From Myxococcota bacterium (lineage in GTDB: Bacteria; Myxococcota_A; UBA9042; PHBI01; JACKFB01): a DNA stretch of 64,000 nucleotides. Shown here one piece after another: positions 20,698 through 29,659 of the stretch (within the stretch, counting starts at the first letter, position 1; the number at the start of each line of letters is the position of its first letter). Below the pieces are notes generated by a model. It had not been told where the DNA came from and did no database searches. It saw nothing but the letters and a program-made list of their open reading frames with translations. The DNA is taken from NCBI GenBank assembly GCA_051747385.1, contig JBNJGB010000031.1:9454-73453 (forward strand). Reading direction: 5' to 3'. Position numbers and translations under genes: made by a program.

Positions 20698-22217
20698 CGG
20701 CCCGACTCCCGCACGCCCTCGCAGCGCTGGCGACGCTCGCCGTGTCCGGCTGCCTGGGCGGTGGCTTCTGGCAGGCCGGCCTGTCCGACGGGGACGTGCC
20801 CGAGGCGGCGCCCATCGCCAACGGGATGGCGGTCACCCTGGGCGACGCCGCCTTCGACGCGGCCTCGCTGCAGCTCACCCGGACGCTGAAGGACTCCTGG
20901 CCGGACGGGGTCCTCTTCGACGGCGGGACCTCTACGGGCGGGGACCTCGCTCCCCAGCTCGCCTGGGAGGACGCGGAGCTGACCTTCGGCCCCGTGGACC
21001 TGACCGTGGACGCCGCCGGCCTCGGCCTGGACATCTCCGTGACGATGGACCCGGTGGCGGTGGCGGTGGCCGGGGGCGGGCAGACCCTGTGCGAGGTGTT
21101 CGTGGGCTTCGACCACGGGGTCCTGAAGGGACGCCTCTCCCTGACGCGCACCAAGCTGGGCCGGGTCCAGGGGAGCCCCGAGTCCGGCGCGACGTTCCAG
21201 GTCCCCCAGGCCTGGGTGGACGCGTCCGGCTGCCCGGACTGGCTCCACGAGTCCTGGGAGTCCGACGACGAGACGAGCGACACGGTGCAGATCCTGCTGG
21301 ACGCCCTGGCGGACCAGGCCTTCGAGGAGCTGGCGCCGGACCTGGCGCAGGCCGTGCCGGACGCCCTGGGTCTGGACATCGGCGCCGCGGGCGAGGTCAC
21401 GTGGGGCGACGACGGGATCGGCGAGGGCTCGCTCCGGGCGATGGTCCGCGCCTCGCAGGCGCAAAAGGCTCAGTGGTGGCAGTTCGTCGACGGCCGGCTG
21501 GTCGCACCCTACGCGGTAGCCATCGAGGCGACCCGCCACCCCTGCGTCCCCGACGAGCCGCTCCCGCCAGCGGCGGCCGTGCCGCTGCCCCCGGTGGAGC
21601 GGGACGCGGCCCTGCTCGTCCACGAGGGCGTCGTGCGCCGGTCCATGGCTGCGCTGTGGCGCGCCGGGGGCCTGTGCGGGACGCGCACGACCCGAACCGC
21701 CGCGGCCTGGACCGTGGCCGACCTGGCGCCCCTTTGGCCGGCGCTCGCCGTCCTGGAGGCGGACACGCCCGTGACGGTGCGGATCTGGCCGGACGCCATG
21801 CCCGAGGCCACGTTCCGCTCGACGGCGGAAGGCGTGCGGGCGCGGGTGGCCACCGACCTGTGGACGGTGGAGGTCATGGGCATGGTCGACCATGCCGAGG
21901 TGCGCCTCGCGACGCTGCGCGTGGCCCTCGAGGTGGACGCCGACGTGGTGGTGGGAGGCAAGCGGGCCGTGAGCCTGGCCGCCCGGGACGTGCACGTCGT
22001 GGCCTCGGGCGTGGAGCCCGGCCTCCTGGGGGCGCCCGAGCCCGGCCTCGCCGAGGCCCTCGCCATCCCCCTGACCCGGGAGCTGATCGAGGCGGCGCCC
22101 GTCGCGTGGCTGCCGCCGCTCCCCACGGGCGGGATCCAGCGCGTGGAGCGACAGGGCTCGTACCTCGTCTTCTCCAGGGAGCCGGAGCCCGTTGACAGGG
22201 AGCGCGGGGGCCCGTAA
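20694..22217 (+). CDS. Lipoprotein, hypothetical
   Basis: GTG start overlapping the upstream stop (GTGA); signal LAALATLAVSGCLGG; the ORF track fuses it with the upstream frame. Confidence 0.5.
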   Translation: MTARLPHALAALATLAVSGCLGGGFWQAGLSDGDVPEAAPIANGMAVTLGDAAFDAASLQLTRTLKDSWPDGVLFDGGTSTGGDLAPQLAWEDAELTFGPVDLTVDAAGLGLDISVTMDPVAVAVAGGGQTLCEVFVGFDHGVLKGRLSLTRTKLGRVQGSPESGATFQVPQAWVDASGCPDWLHESWESDDETSDTVQILLDALADQAFEELAPDLAQAVPDALGLDIGAAGEVTWGDDGIGEGSLRAMVRASQAQKAQWWQFVDGRLVAPYAVAIEATRHPCVPDEPLPPAAAVPLPPVERDAALLVHEGVVRRSMAALWRAGGLCGTRTTRTAAAWTVADLAPLWPALAVLEADTPVTVRIWPDAMPEATFRSTAEGVRARVATDLWTVEVMGMVDHAEVRLATLRVALEVDADVVVGGKRAVSLAARDVHVVASGVEPGLLGAPEPGLAEALAIPLTRELIEAAPVAWLPPLPTGGIQRVERQGSYLVFSREPEPVDRERGGP

Positions 22218-22330
22218 GTCGGGGGCGGGCCGGCCACCGGGCGGTCGGGATGTCCCCGGACGGATGAGATCGCGTCGCTCGGCGGTTGGCCCTCGACGCA
22301 TCCACGCGAAGAAGCCACCAGGAGCACGCG

Positions 22331-23038
22331 ATGCGCACCAGCCGACTCCTTGTCCCGCTCACCCTCGCCGCCGTGCTCGGCGCCGGGACCGCGTGGGCCG
22401 CCGAGGGCGGCCGCGTCGTGGTCTACGAGGGCCAGCTCCAGGACGCCGACAGGAAGCCCATCGGCGGCGTCTTCCCCCTGAGCTTCTCCCTGCACGAGTC
22501 CCCTCGCGGCGGCCGATCCGCGTGGACCGAGAGCCACTTCGTCGCCGTCGACAGCGGCGAGTACGCTGTGGAGCTGGGCAAGAAGCGCCCCATCCCGCCG
22601 GACCTGGACATGGACCGGGCCTATCTGGCCGTGTCCATCACGGGAGGGGCCGAGATCGTGCGGGAGCAGGTGGACGCCGACTCGGTCAAGCGGACCGGCG
22701 CCGCGCCAAGCGCCGACGGGAAACCCTCCGAGGCCGGCGAGGGCAAGGGCGGCATGGCCGACTACGCCGATACCGCGGGCCTGGCGTACGAGGCGGAGCA
22801 CGCCAAGGCCGCCGACAAGATCGGCACCCTGTCCGAGGAGGCCCTCCTCGAGAAGTTGAAGGAGGCCGCGGGCGGGGGGAACATCGGCAGCAATCGCCGC
22901 TACACAGGCTCGGCCGGCGGCGAGGGCGGCGTAGCCTACGAGCTGAACTGCCCCGAGGGCCACGTCGTCACCGGGGTCCGGGGAGGATCCGGCATCTACC
23001 TGGACTCGATCCAGCTCATCTGCCAACCGCTCGAATAG
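22331..23038 (+). CDS. Secreted hypothetical protein
   Basis: Signal peptide MRTSRLLVPLTLAAVLGAGTAWA. Confidence 0.45.
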   Translation: MRTSRLLVPLTLAAVLGAGTAWAAEGGRVVVYEGQLQDADRKPIGGVFPLSFSLHESPRGGRSAWTESHFVAVDSGEYAVELGKKRPIPPDLDMDRAYLAVSITGGAEIVREQVDADSVKRTGAAPSADGKPSEAGEGKGGMADYADTAGLAYEAEHAKAADKIGTLSEEALLEKLKEAAGGGNIGSNRRYTGSAGGEGGVAYELNCPEGHVVTGVRGGSGIYLDSIQLICQPLE

Positions 23039-23047
23039 GCGGTCTCC

Positions 23048-24247
23048 ATGCGCCACTCCATCCGCGCCGTCTTCGTCGCGCTGGCCCTCTTCGTGGCCGC
23101 GCCGGCCGCCGGGCAGTCCGACGCCGACCGTGACAAGGCCCGCGCGCTCGTGGAGGAGGGGCTCCGCCATGCCCGCTCCGGCGAGTACGAGGAGGCGGCG
23201 GAGGCCTTCGAGCAGGCGTTCAAGCTCTATCCCCACCCCGAGATCCTGCACAACCTGGCCCGCGCCCGGGAGGAGCTCGGCGAGCTGTCCAACGCGTGGA
23301 CGCTCTTCCGCAGGGCCCTCGACATGGACCCGGACTACACGTTCGCGGAGGACGCCCGGACGCGGATCGGGGACATCGAGGAGAAGCTGAAGGAGACCCA
23401 CGGCCTGCTGAAGATCCGCTCCACGCCCAGCCAGATCGAGGTCTCCGTGCTCCGAGACGGCGACGCCCTGGCGCGCCACCGGGCCACCCCGGTGGATCTG
23501 TGGGTGCCGGAGGGGGACGTGGAGCTCCGCGGTCAGAAGCGGGGCTTCCGGGACGCCGAGGTGGAGGTCGAGGTGGACGCGGGCGAGGAGGAGGAGGTCG
23601 AGATGATCCTCCGACCCGTGCCGAAGAAGGGCTTCTTCGCCGTCACGGCCGGCGGCGTCCCCGGAGCGAAGGTCCTTCTCAACGGCGAGGAGGTCGGCGT
23701 GACGCCGCTGTCGGGCCTGCCGTGGCCTTCCGGGAGCCACGAGCTCCGGGTGGAGTCCCCCGGCTACGCCGCCCACGAAGAGGTGGTCGTGGTGGAGCCC
23801 GACCAGGAGACGAGCGTCGCGGTCGAGTTGAAGCCCCTCGAGGGCGAGGAGGCGCGCGCGGCGCGGCAGGCGGCCGCCGCGGACGGGTCCAACCGCGGCC
23901 TGGCGGGCGGCATCCTGGTGGGCGGTGGCGGCGCGGCGCTGGTGGCGGGCGCCCTGCTCCACGTCTCCGCCTACAAGAAGGCCCAGGACGCCGGCGACGT
24001 CCCCAACATTCCGGGCACCCTGGACGACGACGAGCGCTTCGACCAGCTGGAGTCGGAGGCCGAGCGCCGCCAGGTGGGCGCGTTCATCGGCTACGGGGCC
24101 GCCGCGGTCCTCGTGGGGGTGGGCACCTGGCTGATCCTCTCCGACGACGGCGAGCCCCCGGAGTCCACGGCGGGCGCGCTGGAGTGGACGCCCACCGTCG
24201 GCCCGACGCCGGACGGCTTCGGGATGGGCGCGACCCTTCGCTTCTGA
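23048..24247 (+). CDS. PEGA domain protein with TPR-like N-terminus (paralog of 14950..16134)
   Basis: Same architecture: signal peptide, TPR-like helices, PEGA-like segments, C-terminal TM. Confidence 0.6.
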   Translation: MRHSIRAVFVALALFVAAPAAGQSDADRDKARALVEEGLRHARSGEYEEAAEAFEQAFKLYPHPEILHNLARAREELGELSNAWTLFRRALDMDPDYTFAEDARTRIGDIEEKLKETHGLLKIRSTPSQIEVSVLRDGDALARHRATPVDLWVPEGDVELRGQKRGFRDAEVEVEVDAGEEEEVEMILRPVPKKGFFAVTAGGVPGAKVLLNGEEVGVTPLSGLPWPSGSHELRVESPGYAAHEEVVVVEPDQETSVAVELKPLEGEEARAARQAAAADGSNRGLAGGILVGGGGAALVAGALLHVSAYKKAQDAGDVPNIPGTLDDDERFDQLESEAERRQVGAFIGYGAAAVLVGVGTWLILSDDGEPPESTAGALEWTPTVGPTPDGFGMGATLRF

Positions 24248-24275
24248 GCGGACTTCAGGCACGGGAGACGACGAC

Positions 24276-25028
24276 GTGAAGCGCTTCGAGACCGCCATCG
24301 TGGTGGGCGCGTCCTCCGGCATCGGCGAGGCCATCGCCCGCCGGCTCGGCGCCGACGGGGCGCACGTGGCCCTGCTGGCGCGCCGGGAGACGGAGCTTCA
24401 ACGCGTGGCCGACGCCGTGCGCGAGGCCGGCGGCGAGGCCACGGTGGTGGCCCACGACGTCCGGGACACCGACGCCGTGCCGGAGCTGTTCGACCGCCTC
24501 GTGGAGGCCCTGGGCGGGCTCGACCTCCTGGTGTACGCCTCCGGCGCCATGCCGTCGGTCGAGGAGCACGAGTATGACTTCGCCAAGGAGCGCCTGATGG
24601 TGGAGGTGAACCTCCTGGGCGCCATGGCGTGGCTGAACCCTGCGGCGGCGCACATGGAGGCGGCGCGGCGGGGGACGCTCCTCGGGATCTCGTCCATCGC
24701 CGGCGAGCGCGGTCGCCGGGGCAACCCCGGGTACTGCACGACGAAGGCCGCGCTGACGACCTACCTGGAGAGCCTGCGGAACCGCCTGAGCCGCTACGGC
24801 GTCGACGTGGTGACGGTGAAGCCGGGCTTCGTCGAGACGCGGATGCTGGAGGGCATGGACGGCCACCCGCCCGGCCTGGCGCCCATCCCGGCCGACGAGG
24901 CGGCCGGGAACGCCCTGGCCATGGCGCGGAAGGGTCCGCGCTCGGGGTTCGTGCCATGGCGCTGGTCGCTGGTCGCGTTCATCATCCGCCACATCCCGTC
25001 GTTCCTCTTCCGGAGGACGAACATCTGA
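24276..25028 (+). CDS. Short-chain dehydrogenase/reductase, DprE2-like
   Basis: GTG start; VGASSGIGEAIARRL (TGxxxGxG), YCTTKAA (YxxxK); ATGA overlap with the downstream DprE1-like gene. Confidence 0.8.
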   Translation: MKRFETAIVVGASSGIGEAIARRLGADGAHVALLARRETELQRVADAVREAGGEATVVAHDVRDTDAVPELFDRLVEALGGLDLLVYASGAMPSVEEHEYDFAKERLMVEVNLLGAMAWLNPAAAHMEAARRGTLLGISSIAGERGRRGNPGYCTTKAALTTYLESLRNRLSRYGVDVVTVKPGFVETRMLEGMDGHPPGLAPIPADEAAGNALAMARKGPRSGFVPWRWSLVAFIIRHIPSFLFRRTNI

Positions 25029-26524
25029 TGAGCGACGGTGGGACGCGACGAACGCCCCTCGTGAACGGCCCCCGGCGCGTCCACGACGGATACGGGCGGG
25101 CCGTGCTCTCGGCGGGGATACACGCGGCCGAGCGATCGACGGAGGCCCTGGCCGGCCTGCTCCGGCGCGCGGCCGAGGAGCGCCTGCCCGTCGCCCTGCG
25201 CGGTGCCGGCCGGAGCTACGGGGACGCCTCGCTGAACACCCGCGGGCTCGTCCTGGACATGCGGGGGATGGACCGCGTCCTCTCGTGGGACCCGGACGCC
25301 GGCGTCCTGGAGGCCGAGCCGGGCGCCACCATCGAGGACCTGTGGCGGACGGGCCTCCCGGACGGCTGGTGGCCGGCCGTGGTGCCGGGGACCATGTTCC
25401 CGACCCTGGGCGGCTGCGTCGCCATGAACATCCACGGGAAGAACCACTTCCGGGCGGGCCCCTTCGGCGACCACGTCGACGAGCTGGAGCTGCTCACGCC
25501 GACGGGCGAGCGGCTGGTCTGCTCACGCGAGGACCACGCCGACGTCTTCCGGGCGGCGGTAGGCGGGCTGGGCCTCCTCGGCGTCACGACGCGGGTGCGC
25601 CTCCGCATGAAGAGGGTGGAGACGGGCTACGTGGCGGTCGAGGCCCTGTCCACGCCGAACCTGGAGACCCTCTTCGAGGCCTTCGACGAGCGCCTCGGCG
25701 ACGCGGACTACCTGGTGGGCTGGATCGACTGCTTCGCGAAGGGGAAGGCCCTGGGCCGCTCCGTGATCCACCGGGCCGACTCCGTCCCGGCGAGCGATCC
25801 CCGGGTGGAGGACGCGGCGCGCTCCCTGACCTTGGAGGCCCAGTCCCTGCCGGACCGCTTCTTCGGCGTCATCCCGCGGGGGCTGATGTGGCGGCTGCTG
25901 AAGCCCTGGGTGAACGACCTGGGCATGCGCCTGGTGAACCTGGCCAAGTACCGGGCCTCCTGGCTGCGCGACAGGCCCGGCCGGACGTTCCTCCAGTCCC
26001 AGGTGGCGTTTTCGTTCCTGCTGGACTACGTCCCCCGGTGGCGGGACGCCTACGGCCTGGGCGGCTTCATCCAGGTGCAGCCCTTCGTGCCGGCCGAGGC
26101 CGCGCCCTCGGCCTTCCGCGCCATCCTGGAGACCTGCCACGAGCACGGCGTGCCCCCCTACCTGGGCGTGTTCAAGAAGCACCGCCCCGACGACTACCTG
26201 CTCTCCCACGCCCTGGACGGCTACTCCCTGGCCATGGACTTCAAGGTCACGCGCTCCAACCGGGAGCGGGTGTGGAAGCTGGGCCAGGCCATCGGCGACG
26301 TCGTGGTCGACCACGGCGGGCGCTTCTACTTCGCCAAGGACGCGGTGACTCGCCCCGACCAGGCCCTCGCGACCTTCGGCCGGGAGCGCGTCGACGCTTT
26401 CCTCGACCTCAAGCGCCGCTTGGACCCGGACGGTCTCCTCACCACGGACCTCAGCCGCCGCGTCCTGCCGGGCCTGCCCCACCTCGCCCGGGACTTCGCC
26501 GCGGACGGGGGCGGGACGTCGTGA
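25028..26524 (+). CDS. FAD-linked oxidase, DprE1-like (decaprenylphosphoryl-beta-D-ribose oxidase homolog)
   Basis: LRGAGRSYGD, GTMFPTLGGCVAMNIHGKNHFRAGPFGDHV, FRAAVGGLGLLGV align closely with M. tuberculosis DprE1 from memory. Confidence 0.8.
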   Translation: MSDGGTRRTPLVNGPRRVHDGYGRAVLSAGIHAAERSTEALAGLLRRAAEERLPVALRGAGRSYGDASLNTRGLVLDMRGMDRVLSWDPDAGVLEAEPGATIEDLWRTGLPDGWWPAVVPGTMFPTLGGCVAMNIHGKNHFRAGPFGDHVDELELLTPTGERLVCSREDHADVFRAAVGGLGLLGVTTRVRLRMKRVETGYVAVEALSTPNLETLFEAFDERLGDADYLVGWIDCFAKGKALGRSVIHRADSVPASDPRVEDAARSLTLEAQSLPDRFFGVIPRGLMWRLLKPWVNDLGMRLVNLAKYRASWLRDRPGRTFLQSQVAFSFLLDYVPRWRDAYGLGGFIQVQPFVPAEAAPSAFRAILETCHEHGVPPYLGVFKKHRPDDYLLSHALDGYSLAMDFKVTRSNRERVWKLGQAIGDVVVDHGGRFYFAKDAVTRPDQALATFGRERVDAFLDLKRRLDPDGLLTTDLSRRVLPGLPHLARDFAADGGGTS

Positions 26525-27081
26525 CGACGAGTACGGGCTTGCGCCGCTGGCTCCGGCTGATGCTCCTCGCGACGGTCCTGGTCGCGCTGGCCGTCACCGC
26601 ACGGGTCACCGGCCTCACGGACGAGCTCACCGTGGAGAGCCTGCGGGCCCGGGTGGCGGACACCGGCGCCGCGGGTGTCGTGCTGTTCCTGGCCGCCTTC
26701 GCCGGGGGCAACCTGGTCCAGATCCCGGGCCTCGTGTTCGTCACGGTCGCCTCCCTGTGCTGGCCCGGGCTCCAGGCCGTCCTCCTGGCCTTCGTGGGGG
26801 CCGTGGCGGCCGTGTCCACCAGCTTCCTGGTGTTCCGCACCCTGGGCGGCACCCCGCTCGCCGACGTCGAGCGCCCGTGGGTCCGGCGCATGCTCGACCG
26901 CCTCGACGAGGCGCCGGTCCAGACCATCGCCCTGCTCCGCCTGGTGCTCCTCATGGCGCCGCCGGTCAACGCCGCCCTGGCCCTGTCCGGCGTCTCGTTC
27001 CGGAGCTACCTCCTGGGCTCGGCCCTGGGACTGGTGGTCCCCATCGCGGCCCTGGCGGGCGGGCTGGTGACGCTCTTCTGA
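26521..27081 (+). CDS. TVP38/TMEM64 (DedA/SNARE-associated) family membrane protein
   Basis: GTG start overlapping the upstream stop (GTGA); multi-TM protein with the family-typical central region. Confidence 0.65.
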   Translation: MTTSTGLRRWLRLMLLATVLVALAVTARVTGLTDELTVESLRARVADTGAAGVVLFLAAFAGGNLVQIPGLVFVTVASLCWPGLQAVLLAFVGAVAAVSTSFLVFRTLGGTPLADVERPWVRRMLDRLDEAPVQTIALLRLVLLMAPPVNAALALSGVSFRSYLLGSALGLVVPIAALAGGLVTLF

Positions 27082-27087
27082 CGGATG

Positions 27088-27345
27088 CGCCGGCGACACG
27101 GCTCACAGGTCGTCACATGTCGCAAGACGAAGGGCTCGCGCAAAGACGCGAAGACGCAAAGGAAGACGGCATGCTTCGGCCCCGTGTGCTCGCGGTTGGC
27201 CTGCCGGTGACCCGACGGTCTCGGCCAAACCTGTGTGCAAGCGGTTCGCTGGCCTTTGGGGCTTGGCGGCCTGGCGCGCGATTGTCCGCGCGACCGCAGC
27301 ACCCCGAGATGGGTAGGACCGTGAGGCGACACGGCTTCGACGGGT
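27088..27345 (+). repeat. R1 repeat element copy 1 (about 255 nt), directly after the dedA-family stop
   Basis: About 85% identical to the reverse complement of 52875..53152; core GGCTCGCGCAAAGACGCGAAGACGCAAAGG. Confidence 0.85.
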
Positions 27346-27420
27346 TCCCCGTTGGCCCGCCGGGCCGCGTGGCCTATGCTCGGCGGCGCCGTGCGAACCC
27401 AGGCCAGGAGGCAGACCCCG

Positions 27421-28320
27421 ATGGTGAGCGAGATCTTCGACCCGGAGCGTTGGAAGGCCGTGGAGGGCTTCGACTTCGACGACATCACCTTCCACGAGGC
27501 CCTGAACCACGGCACGGTGCGCATCGCCATCGACCGGCCCGAGGTGCGGAACTCGTTCCGCCCGAAGACCGTCGACGAGCTCCACCGGGCCCTCGACCAC
27601 GCCCGGATGATGAGCCACGTGGGCTGCGTCCTGCTCACCGGAAACGGCCCGTCCCCCAAGGACGGCGGGTGGGCCTTCTGCGCGGGGGGCGATCAGCGGA
27701 TCCGGGGCAGGGACGGCTACCGCTACGCCGAGGGCGACACCGAGGAGACCGTCGACCCGGCGCGCCTGGGCCGGCTGCACATCCTGGAGGTCCAGCGCCT
27801 CATCCGGTTCATGCCGAAGGTCGTCGTCGCGGTGGTGCCGGGCTGGGCGGTGGGCGGTGGACACAGCCTGCACGTGGTCTGCGACATGACCCTCGCCTCC
27901 GCGGAGCACGGCCGGTTCAAGCAGACCGACCCGGACGTGGCGAGCTTCGACTCGGGCTACGGCTCGGCGCTGCTGGCGCGGCAGGTCGGGCAGAAGAAGG
28001 CGCGGGAGGTCTTCTTCCTCGGCCGCACCTACTCCGCGCAGGAGGCCGCCGACATGGGCATGGTCAACGCCGTCGTGCCCCACGCCGAGCTCGAGGAGAC
28101 GGCGCTCGAGTGGGGCGCGGAGATCAACTCCAAGAGCCCCACGGCCATGCGCATGCTGAAGTTCGGCTTCAACATGATCGACGACGGGATGGTCGGCCAG
28201 CAGCTCTTCGCGGGCGAGGCCACGCGCCTGGCCTATGGCACCGACGAGGCGCAGGAGGGCCGCGACGCCTTCCTGGAGAAGCGGCCGCGCGACTTCGACC
28301 GCTTCCCCTGGCACTACTGA
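27421..28320 (+). CDS. menB: 1,4-dihydroxy-2-naphthoyl-CoA synthase
   Basis: Full-length crotonase fold with MenB-specific segments (FCAGGDQRIRG, VPGWAVGGGHSLHVVCD, FDRFPWHY). Confidence 0.9.
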   Translation: MVSEIFDPERWKAVEGFDFDDITFHEALNHGTVRIAIDRPEVRNSFRPKTVDELHRALDHARMMSHVGCVLLTGNGPSPKDGGWAFCAGGDQRIRGRDGYRYAEGDTEETVDPARLGRLHILEVQRLIRFMPKVVVAVVPGWAVGGGHSLHVVCDMTLASAEHGRFKQTDPDVASFDSGYGSALLARQVGQKKAREVFFLGRTYSAQEAADMGMVNAVVPHAELEETALEWGAEINSKSPTAMRMLKFGFNMIDDGMVGQQLFAGEATRLAYGTDEAQEGRDAFLEKRPRDFDRFPWHY

Positions 28321-28339
28321 GTCGACCGGGACGGGAACC

Positions 28340-29650
28340 TCACGCCGCCGCGCGCTCGCCGGCGGTCTCCGCGTCCTCCGAGGCCTCCTTCGGCTCGCCG
28401 CCCAGGCTCACCCGGCCGGACAGCACCGGCACGGCGACCTTTACGCCCACGGTGAGGACCATGAGGCCGAAGGCCCAGATGCCCACGGTGACCTTCCACT
28501 CTGCGAGGCTCGGGAGGTACTCGACGACCTCGTGCAGGGTCGAGGGGATGAAGCCGGGCACGATGAGGCCCATGCCCTTTTCGATCCAGACGCCCACGAA
28601 GGTCATGACGCAGGCCGTGACCAGGAAGGCCATGCTCGACGTGGCCTTCTTCGTGAACAGCATGACGGCGGCGATCGAGTTCAGGCCGACAGCGGTCCAG
28701 ATCCACGGGACCAGGGCGTCGTGGCCGTGCAGGCCGAAGAAGAGGTAGCGCGCCGAGGCCGTGTGCGAGCCGCCGGAGTACAGCTCCGTGAACAGCTCGG
28801 AGCCGAGCATGAAGAGGTTCACCACCATGGTGACGCGCAGGATGCTCACCAGGGTCCGGGTGGGCGCCCTGGGGACGTCGAAGCGCGTGAAGCGGTCCAC
28901 CAGCGCCAGGACGATGACCAGGAAGGCCGGGCCGCTCACGAAGGCGGACACCAGGAAGCGCGGCGCCAGGAGCGCGGAGTTCCAGAGCGGGCGCCCGCCG
29001 AGGCCCGAGTAGAGGAACGCCGTGACCGTGTGGATGGAGATGGCCCACACGATGGAGACCATCACGAAGGGCACGTACCAGCGCGGGTCCGGCTTCCGGC
29101 CGAGGAACCGCTGGTAGAGCATGTAGCCCACGATGTGCAGGTTCAGCAGCAGGTAGCCGCTCAGGACGACCACGTCCCAGGTGAGCATGGACACCGGCCA
29201 GTTGAACCTGCCGAGGCCGGGGATCATGTGCCAGGCGCGGTCCGGGCGGCCCAGGTCGACGATGACGAAAGCCAGGGCCATGACGATGGCCGCGATGGCG
29301 ACGATCTCGCCGAAGATGACCACGTGGTGCATCGGGCGGTTCCGATACAGGTAGGCGGGGATGACCATCATCACGCCGCCGGCCGCGACGCCCACCATGA
29401 AGGTGAAGTTGGCGATGTACAGGCCCCACGACACGTGGTCGGTCATGTTCGTGACGACCATCCCGTCCACGACCTGCTGGGCCCAGGTGTTCACGCCCAC
29501 GAGGCAGAGGGCCGTGAGCAGCGTCATCCACGCGTAGAACGGTAGCTTCCCGTCCGTGGCGATGCTCAGGATGCGCCAGAGGAAGCGTGGATAGCCGATC
29601 AGGTGGATGCGGGGCCGGGACTCCTCTTCCGGCTTCGGCGCGGCGTTCAT
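28340..29650 (-). CDS. NrfD/PsrC-family polytopic membrane subunit (quinol-interacting)
   Basis: About 10 TM helices, NrfD-like family pattern; downstream of the FeS subunit. Confidence 0.8.
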   Translation of the reverse strand: MNAAPKPEEESRPRIHLIGYPRFLWRILSIATDGKLPFYAWMTLLTALCLVGVNTWAQQVVDGMVVTNMTDHVSWGLYIANFTFMVGVAAGGVMMVIPAYLYRNRPMHHVVIFGEIVAIAAIVMALAFVIVDLGRPDRAWHMIPGLGRFNWPVSMLTWDVVVLSGYLLLNLHIVGYMLYQRFLGRKPDPRWYVPFVMVSIVWAISIHTVTAFLYSGLGGRPLWNSALLAPRFLVSAFVSGPAFLVIVLALVDRFTRFDVPRAPTRTLVSILRVTMVVNLFMLGSELFTELYSGGSHTASARYLFFGLHGHDALVPWIWTAVGLNSIAAVMLFTKKATSSMAFLVTACVMTFVGVWIEKGMGLIVPGFIPSTLHEVVEYLPSLAEWKVTVGIWAFGLMVLTVGVKVAVPVLSGRVSLGGEPKEASEDAETAGERAAA

Positions 29651-29659
29651 CCGTGGCTC

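Noticed and set aside
19503-22217. Single 904-aa ORF spanning two lipoprotein genes
   Set aside because: The first third of this frame is antisense-like R/G-rich junk overlapping the 19417..20697 gene. A lipoprotein signal appears at GTG 20694 with a GTGA overlap, so it was split there.
27006-27659. ORFs 27006..27659-, 27103..28314-, 52354..53130+, 52436..53062-, 52931..53737+ sharing near-identical peptide segments
   Set aside because: The shared 'peptides' are the R1 repeat element translated in different frames on both strands, with no consistent reading frame across copies. The similarity is at the DNA level.
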